Counted from the stretch's first letter, positions 11,990-29,174 are shown. The stretch is DNA of 64,000 nucleotides from Spongospora subterranea f. sp. subterranea (GCA_049724395.1 JAUGWO010000023.1:1-64000), one strand, 5' to 3'. The notes: generated by a model from the letters alone, not told the origin. A program made the numbers and translations.

Positions 11990-12480
11990 TGTCGCGTTCA
12001 AGGAGACGGCGTTCCGGTTAGAAATGATGCGACGAAGTTCCGGTTTCCAGATTTTGTACGCCTTTGGTTATTTGGTAGCCGAGGAAGATTGCGCGGTGTG
12101 CTTTGAAGCCCATCTTCTGGCGAAGCCTTCAGGATGTGATACCAAGCGTCACAGCCAAATACTTGAAGGTGAAGAAAACTGAGTTTCTTGTTGTACCATC
12201 GTTGATATGGAGTCATTCGGTTTGGAAGGGCGGCATGTGGTTTGCGAGTCAGAATTGAAATAGTACAACCGACGGCAAAAGCCCAGGATTCTAGTCCTAA
12301 TTCCGCCTTGATGTGATCGATTCAGGCGTTTTGGGGATCCGTTGGACTCTAAATAGTACGGAACGATGGTTTGATGATGAAATTTCGTTTGTCTTTGTGG
12401 TATTCCGCGATTCAACAGAGCAGTGAACACCGTCGTTGTCCACGTCTTACCCGAAAGAAAACATACAGTCATTGCTTTCA
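11990..12480 (-). pseudogene. Ty1/copia integrase remnant
   Basis: HHQTIVPYYLESNGSPKRLNR and TPYQRWYNKKLSFLHLQVFGCDAWYH match the copia integrase-core and downstream motifs. Confidence 0.8.
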
Positions 12481-12621
12481 GATTTTGCCATCGTTTTCAG
12501 CATTGGCATGGCAATACAATGTTGATCCAGTATCAATGGATTTGCCTTTCAGTATCAGAATACTAACTGTATAGGTAATCAATGATTACTAGAAGTAAGT
12601 GCAGGAACGCATCAACGATGA

Positions 12622-12730
12622 ACGATGCTGGAATGCCAATCTACATTGGCATATTGTATAATCTTTAAACTCAGAATCGCTGCCAACATATTCGATAATG
12701 CAATTACAGTACCAAGATGATACCAGGACG
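12622..12730 (-). pseudogene. Third, degenerate copy of the C-terminal TM region of the 5727/10202 family
   Basis: CGATGCTGGAATGCCAATCTACATTGGCATATTGTATAA...AATGCAATTACA aligns with 10248-10337. Confidence 0.6.
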
Positions 12731-14655
12731 ACTCAGTTACCAAGGGATCATCGGAAGTGGTCATAGGATGGCATATACCATAAGCTGGGAGCTAATCAGA
12801 CAAAATTAGTTCCTGCGATTTAAGTAAGGAAGACAATCGTGGACGTATATTGTAACCTGATATTCTATATCGGAGTTGATAAAGGCAATAACCGGTGGGA
12901 AAAACATCAGTAATAGAGGGTTAAGCCAGAGTGCTGGATGATAACAATGAAAGTCTGTCCGTTGATGCCGTCGTTGTCAGCTGACGGATCAAGCATAGGC
13001 TCAGACGATGATGGACGGTGGTTTACGGCCGATCAGCCTGATCAGCATTGTCAACGGACGAAGCGAACTCCCGTTGATATTCAACAGTAGGTGAACGAAC
13101 GTGGGCAGAAATATGATTCAATAAGCGACTACATGCAGGTTTGGCAACAACGATTGATGAAAAATTTCCGAGCAATTGCTGGACGATTCGTTTTATCAAT
13201 GATCACAACCCCTCCGGTTTGGCAACAGCCTTCACAAAAAAAGCAAGACGCTCTCAATCTCTGGGTCATCAAAGTCCAAGGCTTATCGAAAAATACGCCT
13301 AGCTCAGGTGCCCGCAGTTCAATTATTCAGCGCGAGCTGAGGCATAGGCGCCTCAACGTTGACACAAACCATCAACAATATGCCTAGCAATCCTAGAGCG
13401 ACGTATGGGCACATTGCTGTTGGCATCATACAGGATAGTTTTATCCACCTGAATTATAATGATCTGATGAAAGCGCTCGGTACAGTACGGTATTGACGCC
13501 GTATATTGTACAACGCTAATGTCATGATCAACAACTCAAAAAGCATCACTGTTTACCGCAATGCGCTCAGGCAGCAAGACAGCGTGCAAGAAATTGACAG
13601 CCTTTTTCTTGTTTTTTAGAGTTGTTGGGAACCGGTGACGTTGTAAACCTTATTGAACCTTGGTAAAACGAATTTTGACAGTCGTCCTGCTCACTACAGC
13701 TTCGTCCACATTTCGGAAACCGTGGTCACATGTTGATTTACAAATCGGCGATGCAAAATGCTTGCCTGTGAGAGCAGAGCAACTGAAGAGCTCGATCAAT
13801 CTCAAATTTATGGAAACCTGGTTGTTCAAAACTTTAGACTGAGGATGGACCCAATGTGACAAAATACCGGCAAACAGTCGTACCGCAAGAAACTCGTCCC
13901 TGACATTGGTTGCTTTGGGGATCTGGAGTTCTTCGTCCCAGCCGAAAAAACAGAATTGGTTTCCAAACGAATAAAAGTCGTGATATTTTTCTTGAGCTGA
14001 ACGTCAATCAACTTCTAGAATTGCAAATACAGTTGCACTATAAATGTTCGGGCTTTGATCATATCAACTGGATACGAGCGTGCAAAATCATCGTTGAATT
14101 CCAGGCCTCCCTGAATCCGTCCTGCGGCCCATTTCTGCCTGTTGTTTAACCTGCGGTCTTTGGTGTGGTCTTAAGACCCTCGGATGCGTCTACTATAGTG
14201 AGGAGGGAGATGCGGCCGCTTCTACTGAGAATTATTTATTGACATTGACTTCATGGAGAACGAGCCTAAAGTGGTCAGGAACAGGGAACCCGAACTTATC
14301 ACGTTGGGGCCATATCCGGATCTTTTGTCGTGGATAAATTGACTTCCAGACGAGCCACTTTTAGAAGGTTCTCGGATGTTGCCAATACCCGGTGATGGAA
14401 CTCAAACTCCGGATAATTCGTGGCATCCCAAAGCGCCCCTTGTCAGTTTGGAGAAATGGTAAACCGAGTCAAGTTATCAACTGCACTGTTTCTCCTACGG
14501 AGTCGCCGAGTCGTGCTATGATGTCATGATACCATAAGTGGTCAATGGCGTGACCTCTTTTGAGTGAACACCGAAGGCTGCTGTACCCAGTGATTCAGTC
14601 AGAATCAAGCGCCATCTCCAAAACTTGGTGCCATTCCATTACACCCTAGCACGTT

Positions 14656-15959
14656 ATGATTTTCTCTCGCCACATATTCCCGTTTGCTGGTCGCCCGTCA
14701 TCTTTGCAAGCTAGAATCAGCCATAGGTTATTCAGCAGTGGCACTCAAGGGTCTGACACTATCACGGCAGCTGAAAGAGCTGTAGACACGTCAGCACGAC
14801 AAATGGGATTAGCAATCGCAGTCCTTGGTGCCGCTGCAGTAGGTTTACTCGTCACGTTTTTGTCATAAATTAAAGAATCAGTTATTAGTATTATGTCATG
14901 AATAAATACGGCAATGTTCATGAACTTGATCATGACGGAAGCGCCCCATCCCCGGCCGCGTTATCCTCTAAAGAATTTTTGCCATTCAAGCTTGGAAAGG
15001 TTATCAATGTTAACCACAACACCAACATATACCGATTCAATTTGGCGAAACTTGATCAATCTCTGGATCTTCCTGTAGCTAGTTTTGTTCTCGTCCGGTA
15101 ATCATCATGATAACTCTGATTTTGTTATCTCAATCACTGTCAGAGCTCCTGTTGGGGACACTCCCGCTGTTCGCCCTTATACGCCAATATCTTCCAGTCG
15201 AGAGCATGGACATTTTGATTTGATGATTAAGGTAGAGGTGAAGTTTGGGTCGTCTACTCAAAAGAATGACCTCTGTAGAATTACCCGACCGGTCCTGTCA
15301 GCTCGTTTGTTGCGAACATGAAGCCTGGCGACTATCTTGATGTGAAGGGGCCAATCAAGAAGTTGGAGTACGAATCCAACAAGTGGGAGCGCGTTGGAAT
15401 GGTCGCAGGTGGAACCGGTATAACTCCAATGTTGCAGGTAGATAATGTATTTGCCATCATGACAAGTTCATTTATTTTTTTACAGATTCTCGAGCATACC
15501 ATTAGAGATCCTAATGACAAGACTAAATTCACGTTGATTTACGCGAATTTGTCACCGAAAGATATATTGCTAAAAGACCGCCTAGACCGTCTGGCCAAGC
15601 AGAATCCTGCTCGGATTCAAGTTCATTATATAGTCGATAAGGTTTCATCACAGCTCTATTACTCAGATGCGCATATTCACATATGTATAGGCTGATGAAT
15701 CGGCGTGGTCTGGTCCTACAGGATATGTATCACAAGAACTGCTTCAACAATACATGCCATCACCAAAAGAAAATAGCGCAATCATATTTGTCTGCGGTAT
15801 GGCTTCTCAGCGACTACTTTCTGTATTTAAAATATAATAGGTCCTCCTGGCATGATGGATTTGATATCTGGTAACAAGGCCAAAGACTATTCGCAAGGAG
15901 ACTTGTCTGGGCTACTAAAAAATATGGGTTATACATCAGAACAAGTATTCAAATTTTAA
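14656..15959 (+). CDS. NADH-cytochrome b5 reductase (mitochondrial MCR1-like), multi-exon
   Basis: Motifs RPYTPIS, VKGP, GMVAGGTGITPMLQ, CGPPGM and a terminal EQVFKF* are present, after an N-terminal targeting/TM segment. Introns are short GT-AG. Confidence 0.92.
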
Positions 15960-16361
15960 CATCACAGTGGTGCAGGCCCACAGACTATCAAAACTATACA
16001 AGACATTGAAAATAAACCAAAATTGTCATACGGTTTCAAATGTGGATGGAAGCATTTACAGAATACCCTCTCGCAGCTCTATAGTTTATAATGTGGACCT
16101 GTTTATCGACGTTTACTTTCGCCACATTTTACTAAATGCATCTATTGGCCAGGATAGTTCGGATCCCGATAAGTATCGAAACAACGCATAATTTTCTATG
16201 GTCTGGCAGTTATTTTTTGGCGATACAGTACTATGAAAGATGAGAAGAGCAAACAGAAAGAAAAATAAAGAGCACACAATCTTGCATTTATTAGGAAACC
16301 AGACCTAGAAACCGAAAACAAGTTGGACTGGCTCAGGATTGGACAATCAATGAAGCTGAAT

Positions 16362-17812
<1,451 letters not shown>

Positions 17813-18412
17813 GATGTGGAGGCGTTCGACAATTAGACACTCTCACACAATAACACGAGAGTACGGATCAAATAACACAATGAGTGACGGGAAGTAGAGC
17901 ACAAACTAGTGCGCAAATAGGCTAAGGTCAAGAACCCCTCGGATATGCTCGGATATCGGGAAATCTGGCCCTAATTCCGCGAGGCCTTGTTAAGGGAAGC
18001 AGCAGGGCCTTAAAATTGAGTCCCGTGGCGGGAAAATCTTGCAGCGATTAATTTTGGCGCGTAATCAATCGAGGCTGCAGTGTAGTTATCGTGTGCCGCA
18101 GCCTCCAATGCAGTCAGACCCCCCCTCCAATGCAGTCAGACCCCACCCATTGCCCTCCCCCTCCATGATACCACACTGTGGGTCCATAGTGCAGCCAATC
18201 GCCTGTTGGCAACATGAACATGCTGCCGGCCACACCGAAAAATCTTGTGGCCTATGTTCGAATCTGCTAGTTCTGACAAGATATGTTTGCTGTATTTATG
18301 TATTTGTGCTACTTAATAAATGGCCTCTTTACATCTTACTTATCAAAATCGAAGAAGAATTTATATACAAGAACGGTACATATCTATAGATACCAATAGA
18401 TTTTCAAATTAT

Positions 18413-19856
<1,444 letters not shown>

Positions 19857-20462
19857 CGCCAACCAGGTGCAAAACTTCGATGGCCGACGCGATGTGACCG
19901 AATAAAATCAGTGCGATGATATTATTTGGACATAGATTCGGCTGTAGGTACCATGGATAGGGACGTACATAGGGCACACGATCATCATCGGAACCCCTGA
20001 AATTGATCCAACTGGTCCCGTGTACTCGGATAATATCAGATACGGGGAATAAATCCCCGAATTATCAGCCCCGGCGCGTTCGGAATATATTCAGGGAAAA
20101 TGGAGCATTTCTGCAAATATGTTTCGCCAATGAGATGGCAGATACTGCAGCGAGTGGTCGAGCTGGATAACGGCTAGGGCCAACCGAAGATACCCATTCC
20201 CTCGTTAGGGCCATGGGAGGCGTCGTTCAAGAAATTACCTCATTATAAGTTCATGAATTTCCTATAAACTAAACAATGATTTTTTTTCGAGCGTGATGGA
20301 ATGTCGCTCTATAAATCGGTTGGTTGATCTACAGCGGTTTATCCGGACTTATCGTTATTACCATTGACCGTTCGCGGTTTCAATCTGGAAGTATTCATAT
20401 TCACAATCGGCCCATCTCTTGCTTACAATCCCGGTTAGTTGTTCATGCAGGCAAGACCAAAA

Positions 20463-21601
20463 ATGGGTTCCGTTGATATTTTATCTGTAGCCAAGGTTGT
20501 TTCTGGTTGCCCAATTCGACGGTCGTCATCGATTTGATTGTCGTGTATATAGTGGTGTCTGCATTTGGCACGATCGGGGGGCGGTATCATTCGGTCGGTT
20601 TGTCAAAGTGGTTGCTTAAATGCTGTCAATAAAGATGTCGATGGAAACGAGTTTGACCCCACAACCGAAGCCGATAGTCAAACCCAAACATGGATAATCG
20701 GCAATCTTCGTCGTCAATTCCCGAATCTAACCGTAATTGGGGAAGAGGAACAGGACGATATTATTCCTTCATCTCTGCAATGTACTGCTCTTCCAATTGA
20801 TATCGATCGTGATCCCTATGTCAGTTCCGTGTATATTTAGGCAATGTTTCTGAAAGCTCACTCAGTTCACGTGATTAGTTCAATCGAAATCTATGGCCAA
20901 CTAACCTAGGATTTGCCAAAGCGGATGATGTCTGTATATTTGTCGATCCGGTCGATGGGACCACTGATCTGACGAAAGGAAAATATGAAGCAGTGACTGT
21001 TCTAGTTGGGCTAGCGATATCGGGAAAGCCAGTATACGGGGTCGTCCATTATCCATTTTCCGAGGAGACAGTGTTCGCTGCTGTTGGTCATCCTTCCAAT
21101 AAATTGCCCATCGATCATCCACGAAAAGGTGCGTTTAACTGATGCCTTTATCGAACCATATATCCTAAAGAATCAATGATGAAAGCACCTCAGGACAATG
21201 TTATCGTCACTTCCGCGTCACATCTTGACGAGTCAGTTCAAAAGTATTTTGATGGATTGAACCCTCCACCTGCCAAGATCATCAGAGCCGGGGGATGTGG
21301 ACACAAAGTCATGATGGTGCTGAACGGTAAGAACAATTCAATGGTTCGCTGCTTTTCAATAATGTTCAGCCGTGTAGGTTTGGCTGATGCTTATCTATAT
21401 CCACGTTCGGGGACGAAAAAATGGGATACGTGTGCCCCAGGTGCGATCATCAATGCTTTTGGCGGCCGGCTAACGGATGCGTATGGACGCGATCTCATAT
21501 ACGATCCATCAGCACCTCTTAATAATCAAGATGGAATCATGTGTGCTTTGACTGCAGATCTAACCCCATATATCATCACTAAGGAAATTTTCTACCCGTG
21601 A
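20463..21601 (+). CDS. 3'(2'),5'-bisphosphate nucleotidase / inositol monophosphatase family, multi-exon
   Basis: Motifs DPTTEAD, VIGEE, FVDPVDGT (~20940) and KKWDTCAP are present. The start is inferred. Confidence 0.88.
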
Positions 21602-21686
21602 TAAAATCATACGAAAGTATACTCAATAATGTGTATTTCTTCCGTTTTTCTCTCTCGTTGTAAGGGCGTTATGCCGTCTATCCTCG

Positions 21687-23232
21687 TCAGCTCTTCGATG
21701 TCTCGAACGAGTCCAGTTTTTGCAATAGTGTTTCCGAGTAATTAGGTGAATAGTATTGCACTATTTCAACAGGATAGCAGCTGTTGATGGTATTAATATA
21801 AGACTGGAGTTTTGAGCTCTCCTCTGCCTTTAACTCTTGAACCTTCTGAAGTCCACCGCTCTGAACGAACGACTTTCGAGATTGTGGATCATTGGGAAGA
21901 ACTTTAGCAAACTGTTGTACTACATATTTTACGATTTTTGGTGGCGAATCGTGTAATAAAGGCTCTAAAGCAGGAGTATGTGTGCATTTCTGTACAACCG
22001 TCTTCACTGCCTTTTGCGCTTTAACCTTAAGATCTGCTGATCCTTCATCAGATAGAGCGGCCGAGGCGTTATACACCTGGACAATTCGGCGGAATACGTC
22101 AGCTTTGGCTAAAGCTTTCGCATGTTCTGGAGTGTGACGCCCGATTTGACCAAGAGACCAACAAGCAGCCGCCTTGATATGAGCTTCTGGCTCGTTGATC
22201 AATGCATCTTTCAACGGTAATATGCCTTGGTTGACAATTACAGCTAGCGCCAACGTTTCAGAGAAGGCAGCAATGTAGCCCAACGCCATGATCCCAGGGT
22301 AGGCGAGTATTGCCTTTCGTCTCATTGATGTAGTCAATGATGGCAGCGTGGCCACCTGAGTTGACAATCAGTTTCGCCAACTCAGGTGTGTGTTTGGCAA
22401 TGTCTCTGATCAACGTAGCGCTGTTCTTCCTGACAATCAAATCTAGATCCTTTAAGCAACCCAAGATTTTAGGGAACACCTCAGCTTCGACAACAACTTC
22501 AGCCAGATCTACGGAATGTTTGGCTATTTGGGCCAGAGCCGAGCAAACTTGTCGTTTCAATTTCCCGTCTTGATGTTGAATCATTGGTGCTAGGAACTGC
22601 ACCGCCCCCGAATCGACCACGACTTGAGCCAATTCTGACGAGTGTTTGCATATCTCACTAAGGGCAGCAGCTGATACCCTCTTCAGACTCAGTTCCGGCT
22701 CTTGAAGGCATAACACGAGCTGTGGAACGGCCCCAGCATCGACCACGACTTGAGCCAATTCTGCATTGTGTCTGGCTATATAATGCAAGGCCCAGGCAGC
22801 ACCTTCCTTAACGCTGGGCTCAAACTCAGATAGACAGCCGACTAATGCAACTAATGATCCAGCATCGACAACTGCTTGAGCTAATTCAGGGGAATGTTTC
22901 GCCACTGCCTTCAAAACAAACGACGCGGCTTTCTTATAGTATCTGTTCTGTTCAGCTAACGAATAAACCAGCTGGGGTAATATCTCGTTCATAACGACTG
23001 CCTCAGCAAGGTCCTCTGAGTAATTTGCAAGTCGGCCAAGCGCGATGGCAGCAGATTGCTGAATTGACGGTACTGAGTCGAGTAATAGCGGGCGTAATAA
23101 AGCCATCACGCCTGCATTCTGCAATGCCTCAATATTAGCTGGCCTAACAGCCAATTCTGCTATTGTCTGGACGAACGTTGTTCGCGACGACTGGTATTCC
23201 TCGAATACCTGTAGAATTGAGCGACTCGTCAT
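21687..23232 (-). CDS. SPAG6: Sperm-associated antigen 6 / PF16 axonemal armadillo-repeat protein (+1 frameshift near 22298)
   Basis: Reads MTSRSILQVFEEYQ..LLRPLLLD..IQQSAAIALGRLANY and ends YPVEIVQYYSPNYSETLL. The two overlapping ORFs join at NTRLP|GIMALG. Confidence 0.95.
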
Positions 23233-23691
23233 CCGTCAAGCAAGACTAGCTGAATCCTGCCTAACCGTTTACCTATTCTCACTTTGATATTGCGATATTC
23301 AACAAGATCGTACCGTTCGACCCTTAATACGGCAAAGTCCTATGAATGATTGTACTATAAGGTACTGACAATGATTTGCAGAAACACATTATACTATAAC
23401 AGACACTGACAATGGTTTGCAGAAATACTTTATTGCCAGAAACTGTTGCCATAATAATATTATGTTCCCACAGACCGAAGAGACAGGTTCAAATATCGTA
23501 AATGCGGGCAATCGTATAATGTTATATTCTCAAATAAAAGAGTGCAATATGCTATTCCTCTCATCACAATGTTAATATTCATGCTGTTCGTTCTTCAGCC
23601 ATGACCATAATCCCTGCACCAGTGGTGTCCGGTAACGCCTAACTGCAAGATGGGGGCTGCCCATGTGCAGTGTAGCGCCAATACCGATATA

Positions 23692-25196
23692 ATGAGGGCA
23701 ATCAACGTCTACGTGATTGGTCTAGGACCGGTCGGCCGGCAAGTTATACGAGATCTGCAGCTCCTGAACAACCTTCACTGTCAAAACTACCAGGTCGATT
23801 TTCGCATTGTGGGAGTGTTTGATAAAACCGGTTCGGTTATCAGCAAGCAAACAGATCTTGCCTTATCCAGTGAAGTCGTTCAAGTATGGCTTAATCACTG
23901 ACTAATCTATTCATCCAACAAAAACAATTATAGTCAATCTTATCGTGGAAAGAAAATGGCGCTTCGTTAGCGGATCATACCAATGGGTCCGGGTCAACAA
24001 TTGATGTGTTGAGTAGTATGCTCGGAGCTAATACAACAATAATTGACGTGTCAGCCTCAAACGATACTATTCCTGTATTGCTGAACGGAATTCAAACTGG
24101 ATCTACTGTGGTATTGGCAAACAAGAAACCGATTTCGTGCACATGGTCTACATATGACGTAGAGGGTCCAAAATCAACCCTAGGAGAATAGTTTCTAATT
24201 AGTCGTTTAGGCTATGGTGCAAGGACCTGGAATATTAGGTATTGAATCTACTGTTGGGGCAGGTACGCCAATTATTGCATGCCTAGATCGCCTTCTAGCG
24301 GCAGGAGACAGGGTAAGACCGATATCTTGACGCTTGTTTTCAAAGCACTAAAAACCCATCGACAGATTGATGCCATCGAGGGTGTTCTTAGTGGGACTCT
24401 CGGATACATCGCAACCGAGTTAGAGAAGGGAAACTCGTACAGTGAATCAATCAAATGTAAATTTGTATCCTCAGCCCTAGGTCCGCATCTCATTCGTAAA
24501 AAGCGGCTCACACATTGGGCTTCACCGAACCTGATCCTCGAGATGATTTGAGTGGTACTGACGTCGCAAGAAAAGCGTTAATATTGGCAAGACGATGCGG
24601 TGTCAAAAATTTACACATGGAAAATATTGCCATCGAATCGCTATTTCCGAACATACTCCAAGGATTAACAACTACTGACTTCCTGAAGGTACGTTTTCCA
24701 GTTGAATAGCACAGCAACCTCATCAACAGGGTATAGGAAACGTCGTCGCTGGATGATGGGTTTCGTCAGAAGATTGTCAATGCTCAGAATCAGGGAACGG
24801 TTTTAAGATACGTCGCCAGAATCGAATTCGATTGGGGAATGCATGAATACAAATCAACTCCCGAAGCGAAAATTAGCGTCGGATTGGTTCCCGTTCCTTC
24901 ATCAAGCCCGTTTTACAGCCTAACGGGAACCGACAATTTGGTTTCTTTCACGACCAGGTAATTCGTGATAAGTAACCCACTCTCGGTCGAATCAAAAAAC
25001 TTTGCATAGGACATATAGCGACTCGCCACTAGTTGTTCGAGGGAAAGGGGCTGGTGTGGAAGGTTGGGATTCTTAGGTTCATTGAAAAAAATCTAACCAA
25101 TATTTGACAGTAACCTCTAACGGTGTCATCGCCGACATGGTAACTTGTGCTCGTTCATGTTCCATGCCGAATGGTGAGGTACACCGTCACGATTAA
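23692..25196 (+). CDS. Homoserine dehydrogenase (monofunctional), multi-exon
   Basis: Motifs VIGLGPVG, VVLANKKP, ESTVGAGTP, EGVLSGTLGYI, GFTEPDPRDDLSGTDVARK, GTDN and GKGAG are present. Confidence 0.92.
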
Positions 25197-25298
25197 TCCC
25201 TCATATCAATACACTTCATCTAGAACGATTGCTGGAGTTGACTCATTCGTTTAAATAGCTGTTTTGGATTATTATAGTAATAGTTCCACCTTATTTTC

Positions 25299-25763
25299 AT
25301 GGAATTCTCTCAACTCGGATCACATTGCGGAGTCGGCCACTGCCACCGTTTGGACTTTTTACCTTTCACATGCAAGAATTGCCGTCTTGTTCTATGCATT
25401 GATCACAAGGAGGAGATGGCGCACCAATGTAGTAATCCGAGCAAGGACGGTCATACAATCAGTTGCCCAAGCTGCCAGCAACTCTTAGCTGTCAATGCCA
25501 ATGCTGATGATGATTTTATTGTTGCGCGTCATATTCAAAATGGCTGCAAACCTCCTAAATCTACTCTCAAATCAGGGTGTTGCGTGACCAGATGTAAGGC
25601 GAAAACCATTGCATTAATCCACTGCAATTGTTGTCAAAATCAATTCTGCCTAAGACATCGCCTAGCCGAAGACCACAATTGCAAGCCAAAACCGTGTCGA
25701 CAATCAGCTGCTAGGACTAACGTCCTAGACAGAATTTTTGGGAATAAAACCTTGATTGGTTAA
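25299..25763 (+). CDS. AN1-type zinc finger protein (ZFAND2/Cuz1-like)
   Basis: Two AN1 fingers: MEFSQLGSHC..C.RLDFLPFTC..C...C..H.....H.C and C..C...FCLRHR..DH.C. Confidence 0.9.
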   Translation: MEFSQLGSHCGVGHCHRLDFLPFTCKNCRLVLCIDHKEEMAHQCSNPSKDGHTISCPSCQQLLAVNANADDDFIVARHIQNGCKPPKSTLKSGCCVTRCKAKTIALIHCNCCQNQFCLRHRLAEDHNCKPKPCRQSAARTNVLDRIFGNKTLIG

Positions 25764-25886
25764 ATGCGGCGAACGATTGAAACTAAAACAAGATCACAAA
25801 TGGGATCGCGCAGTGCTCTGCGGATTGGCACAACGAAGCGATAGCGCTGATATCGATATATAATAATGAATAAACTTTGGATAAAA

Positions 25887-27743
25887 TTATAATGTCACTG
25901 ACGCTTGAAGCGATGCCATCCATCGGTTTCTTTCCTCTGAATTCGCAGCGAACAGAATATATTGCTCTTGCCGACATGTAATTGTGAAGGCAAATTCGCC
26001 TTTTGGATGGTCGTCAATAGCAGCCAGCGATAAACCTCGAACATTCATGCACCGGTCTTTTTGTGGCTTAGAATGGTCAGCACTCTTGTAATACGTTAGG
26101 TAACAGCCTTTCAATACAAACCACCTCTGATTGAGCACTTGTCTTCCGAAAAGACCAGCGCGACTCAGTTTCATCAAATAGCCTTCGATGTAAACACAAG
26201 GAAACTCAAGCAACGTGTATATCTTGCTGAAAACCTCATTCATCTGACTGAAACTGAAAGACCTGAAGCGGTCTTGTCCCCGAGAAGTGCTCGAATCTAC
26301 CCTTATGGCTACACTAGAGAGCGAAGGTTCAGCAGTTTCAGTATTGAATGATTCTTGTTTTGATCGTAGCTCCTTCACTAGCGCCGATTTGACTTCAGTA
26401 TCTGACGGTTTAGATGTGTGAACTGAAGACAAAGTTCTAGCGATGGATTTTCCTTCCAGGAGCAAAATTTGCTTTTCCAGTCTTTCGATTTTACTAGCTT
26501 GAAGCTTGATTTGCGTTTCAGAAGCCATGAGTTTGCTTTGCAGATCGTTGGACAGCTGTGGGGTTTCAAAAAAAGCTCCATCCAGGGACGTGTGTGAGCT
26601 TCTTGGCCTCGCATTATTGGGATTTCGAGGAAAAGAGTCTGATGACTGCTGCGACTCAAATTGAGCAGAAAGAACTTTTACCGTTGACGTAGATGTGGAA
26701 GATTTTGGGAAGAACCCCGCTTCAAAGACAGGAATTCCTTCGTGGTCAACGGTTTTGATCCAGTCCTTTTCGGACCGCAACTTTGACAATTTAGATCCCT
26801 GGGCAAAAAGATTTTGGGCCACACGAAATATTGAATCGACATCGCGAACAGTCAACGTCGCCGGAACCGTATTCAAAAAATCGAAAACGGCATCCAGAGT
26901 ATAGAGAACGGTAAGGTCATTGGCGAATAAGGAGAAGAATCCAAACATGACAGGAAATATAGCTGATGTTCCCAAAACGATAATCAAATCGATCATGCGA
27001 AGCACAAATTGCCTCGGGAAAGCGTATACGAATATGCTTCCAGCCCATACGCAAACTATGTCAGTAAGATCAACCCTGTAAGAAATTCACAATGGGCACA
27101 AAACGTATAATCAAGTAAATGATTTACATACACGTCAAATGAGACCGAATGAAAATGCTCAGCGAGGGCGGGTAACTCATTGACAATAAGCTCAGCAAGA
27201 GCGAGACAATCGCAGCGCAGATTCACATGGGAATTGGAAAAATAGCCCCTGCTACCCTGGTGGATAATGCAATCAAGGTCATTAATGCCTCATTTTTGTC
27301 CCCATGTGTTTCTGAAAGGATCAAAGCAGCGAGTTGAGCCGATCCAGGCATGTAATCGTCTAGTGGCATTCGTTGAGCTTGCCGCACAAGAATGAATTCC
27401 ACTGCAGCGTCGTCAACGGTGAACCCAATTTGTGAGAAACATCCTTCGGAATTGAGCTCCATATGAATCTTTTCTTCAACATTTAGTTGCGACTTTTGAT
27501 TTGGCCTTATGAGAGGAAGCGTATGACATCCTAAACTCTCCCGTGCCAGCCGCCATACATTAGACCGTATGGGAAATTGATTTGGTATGCCATTCCATAA
27601 AGCCTAACGATTTATCAACAAAACAAAACGAACCGGGATATCGGATTCTCAACCTGCTGGAAGTTTGCCGATTTAATTTGATTCAATGTTGCTGAAGGTT
27701 TGGGAGAGTTGAATGGACCCCATATTCCCGACGTTTGCGCCAT
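25887..27743 (-). CDS. Rab-GAP TBC-like + coiled-coil + C-terminal PH domain protein
   Basis: N-terminal GIP...RSNVW is TBC-like. C-terminal IEGYLMKL..NQRWFVLKG..LTYYK..EERNRWMASL is a PH domain. The start is inferred from splice sites. Confidence 0.75.
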
Positions 27744-28278
27744 GAAACACAGAATCCCCAGGTGCCGTTGAGGAATTGCGAATCAAAACGACAAATCCTC
27801 CAATGCTAAATGGATTGGGCTGCGCTTGAACTGTTTCGACAGTCGCGATGAGATGGGTTGTTTTGTTATTATTAATTGCTAAGCCCAGACAGCCCCCCTC
27901 CCCACTACCCCTGAGTTCAGCCCTGGAGGCCTGCCTGACTTTGATTTGGCCCACTTACCTTACATACAGTATAATGACCTGCCTACGCAGTGTTCCTTGT
28001 ACGGGGTGTAGTCGCGCTTTGACCGCTTTTCAATCTGAACATTGTCGTCCTGTCTCCTGGTTCCCAAACAAAAAACTACGTCGAGCAAAAATGATTCCGT
28101 GAATCCAGATGAGTTCAATGATTATCTATCTTATCATAATGCAGCAATTATCGGGAATTTTATTTGCTTTTTTATCTTCTAGAAAGGGGCTAAGAAACTG
28201 TTTTTACTAGCTGACAGTCATCATACCGTTATATCTGTGCCTGGAATCGATCGCCGACCTGTATTTTGAATTTGTTTG

Positions 28279-29174
28279 ATGGCGGTCGAGGACAGCGATG
28301 ATAGTAACGGAGAATCACCTGAGCGCAACGTGCAGTTCAGGTCCAGGGGTTCATCAAATGTCTGATGAGAGCCCTGCCACTGTTTTACGAAATATATCAA
28401 GTCGTTTAAATACGGTACTTGAACTGAAAACTCGACCAGACTTGTGGTGATTTAATAGAGAAAGATCACAGATACAAATTCGAGATTGGAACGAGTTCAG
28501 CCAGATAACCGCCTTCAGCATTCCTAAAATAACTGTTGACGCACTCCAGCGTAGATTGGTTTTGAACGGGCTGTATTTTCAAGTATGGAATATGGCTTCA
28601 ACTCTCTGGTAATTAATATGGCTCTAACTATAGGCAAATTATGCCATGATCTTCTTAACTGGAATATTCTTTGTTTGGTATGTTGATATTGGTGTTCAAG
28701 ATTTTTTTCTTTGAAACAGCCTTGCAGTATCGCGCGGCCAATGTTCGCCGTTGCGCTTTTCGTTTTTGCTGCATTTTTCATCTACATGAAGTGTCATTAT
28801 GCACACCTTCCCGGAATAAGCATTGAGAAGCTACAGGCAACTGTTGCAACAGTTGCTCTAATCTTGTTCCTCTATTTCGGAGGGACATCGCTGTGGTCGG
28901 CGTTGGTATTGTCCCTATTTGCTACTGCAGTACATGCCGTTTTCTATGTACCAAAAATGAAGTCGACAACGATTGGTGTTAAGGAACTATGGAAGAACAG
29001 CGATTCGGTATTTGCAAAATTTGGGGACCCTGTAAAACCCATAATTTGCTCATCTGCTGAAGGCATCAGCAAACTAACTTTTTTATAAAGGTGTTTGACG
29101 TCGAGAATCCCAACGTTGGAGAGAGTCCTTTTCCAGCGTTCAACAAAGGTGGTGAACTTTTCAAGCGGGTGTGA
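28279..29174 (+). CDS. PRA1 (prenylated Rab acceptor)-like membrane protein, multi-exon
   Basis: An NY motif is followed by two long hydrophobic hairpins ending AVHAVF. The exon structure is uncertain. Confidence 0.5.

Noticed and set aside
13091..14600. Short ORFs upstream of cytochrome b5 reductase
   Set aside because: No recognisable motifs; probably decayed TE or intergenic DNA.
23353..23432. Two-copy ~41-bp direct repeat between SPAG6 and homoserine dehydrogenase (similar 21-bp doublet near 18102-18144)
   Set aside because: These are simple local slippage duplications with no further structure.
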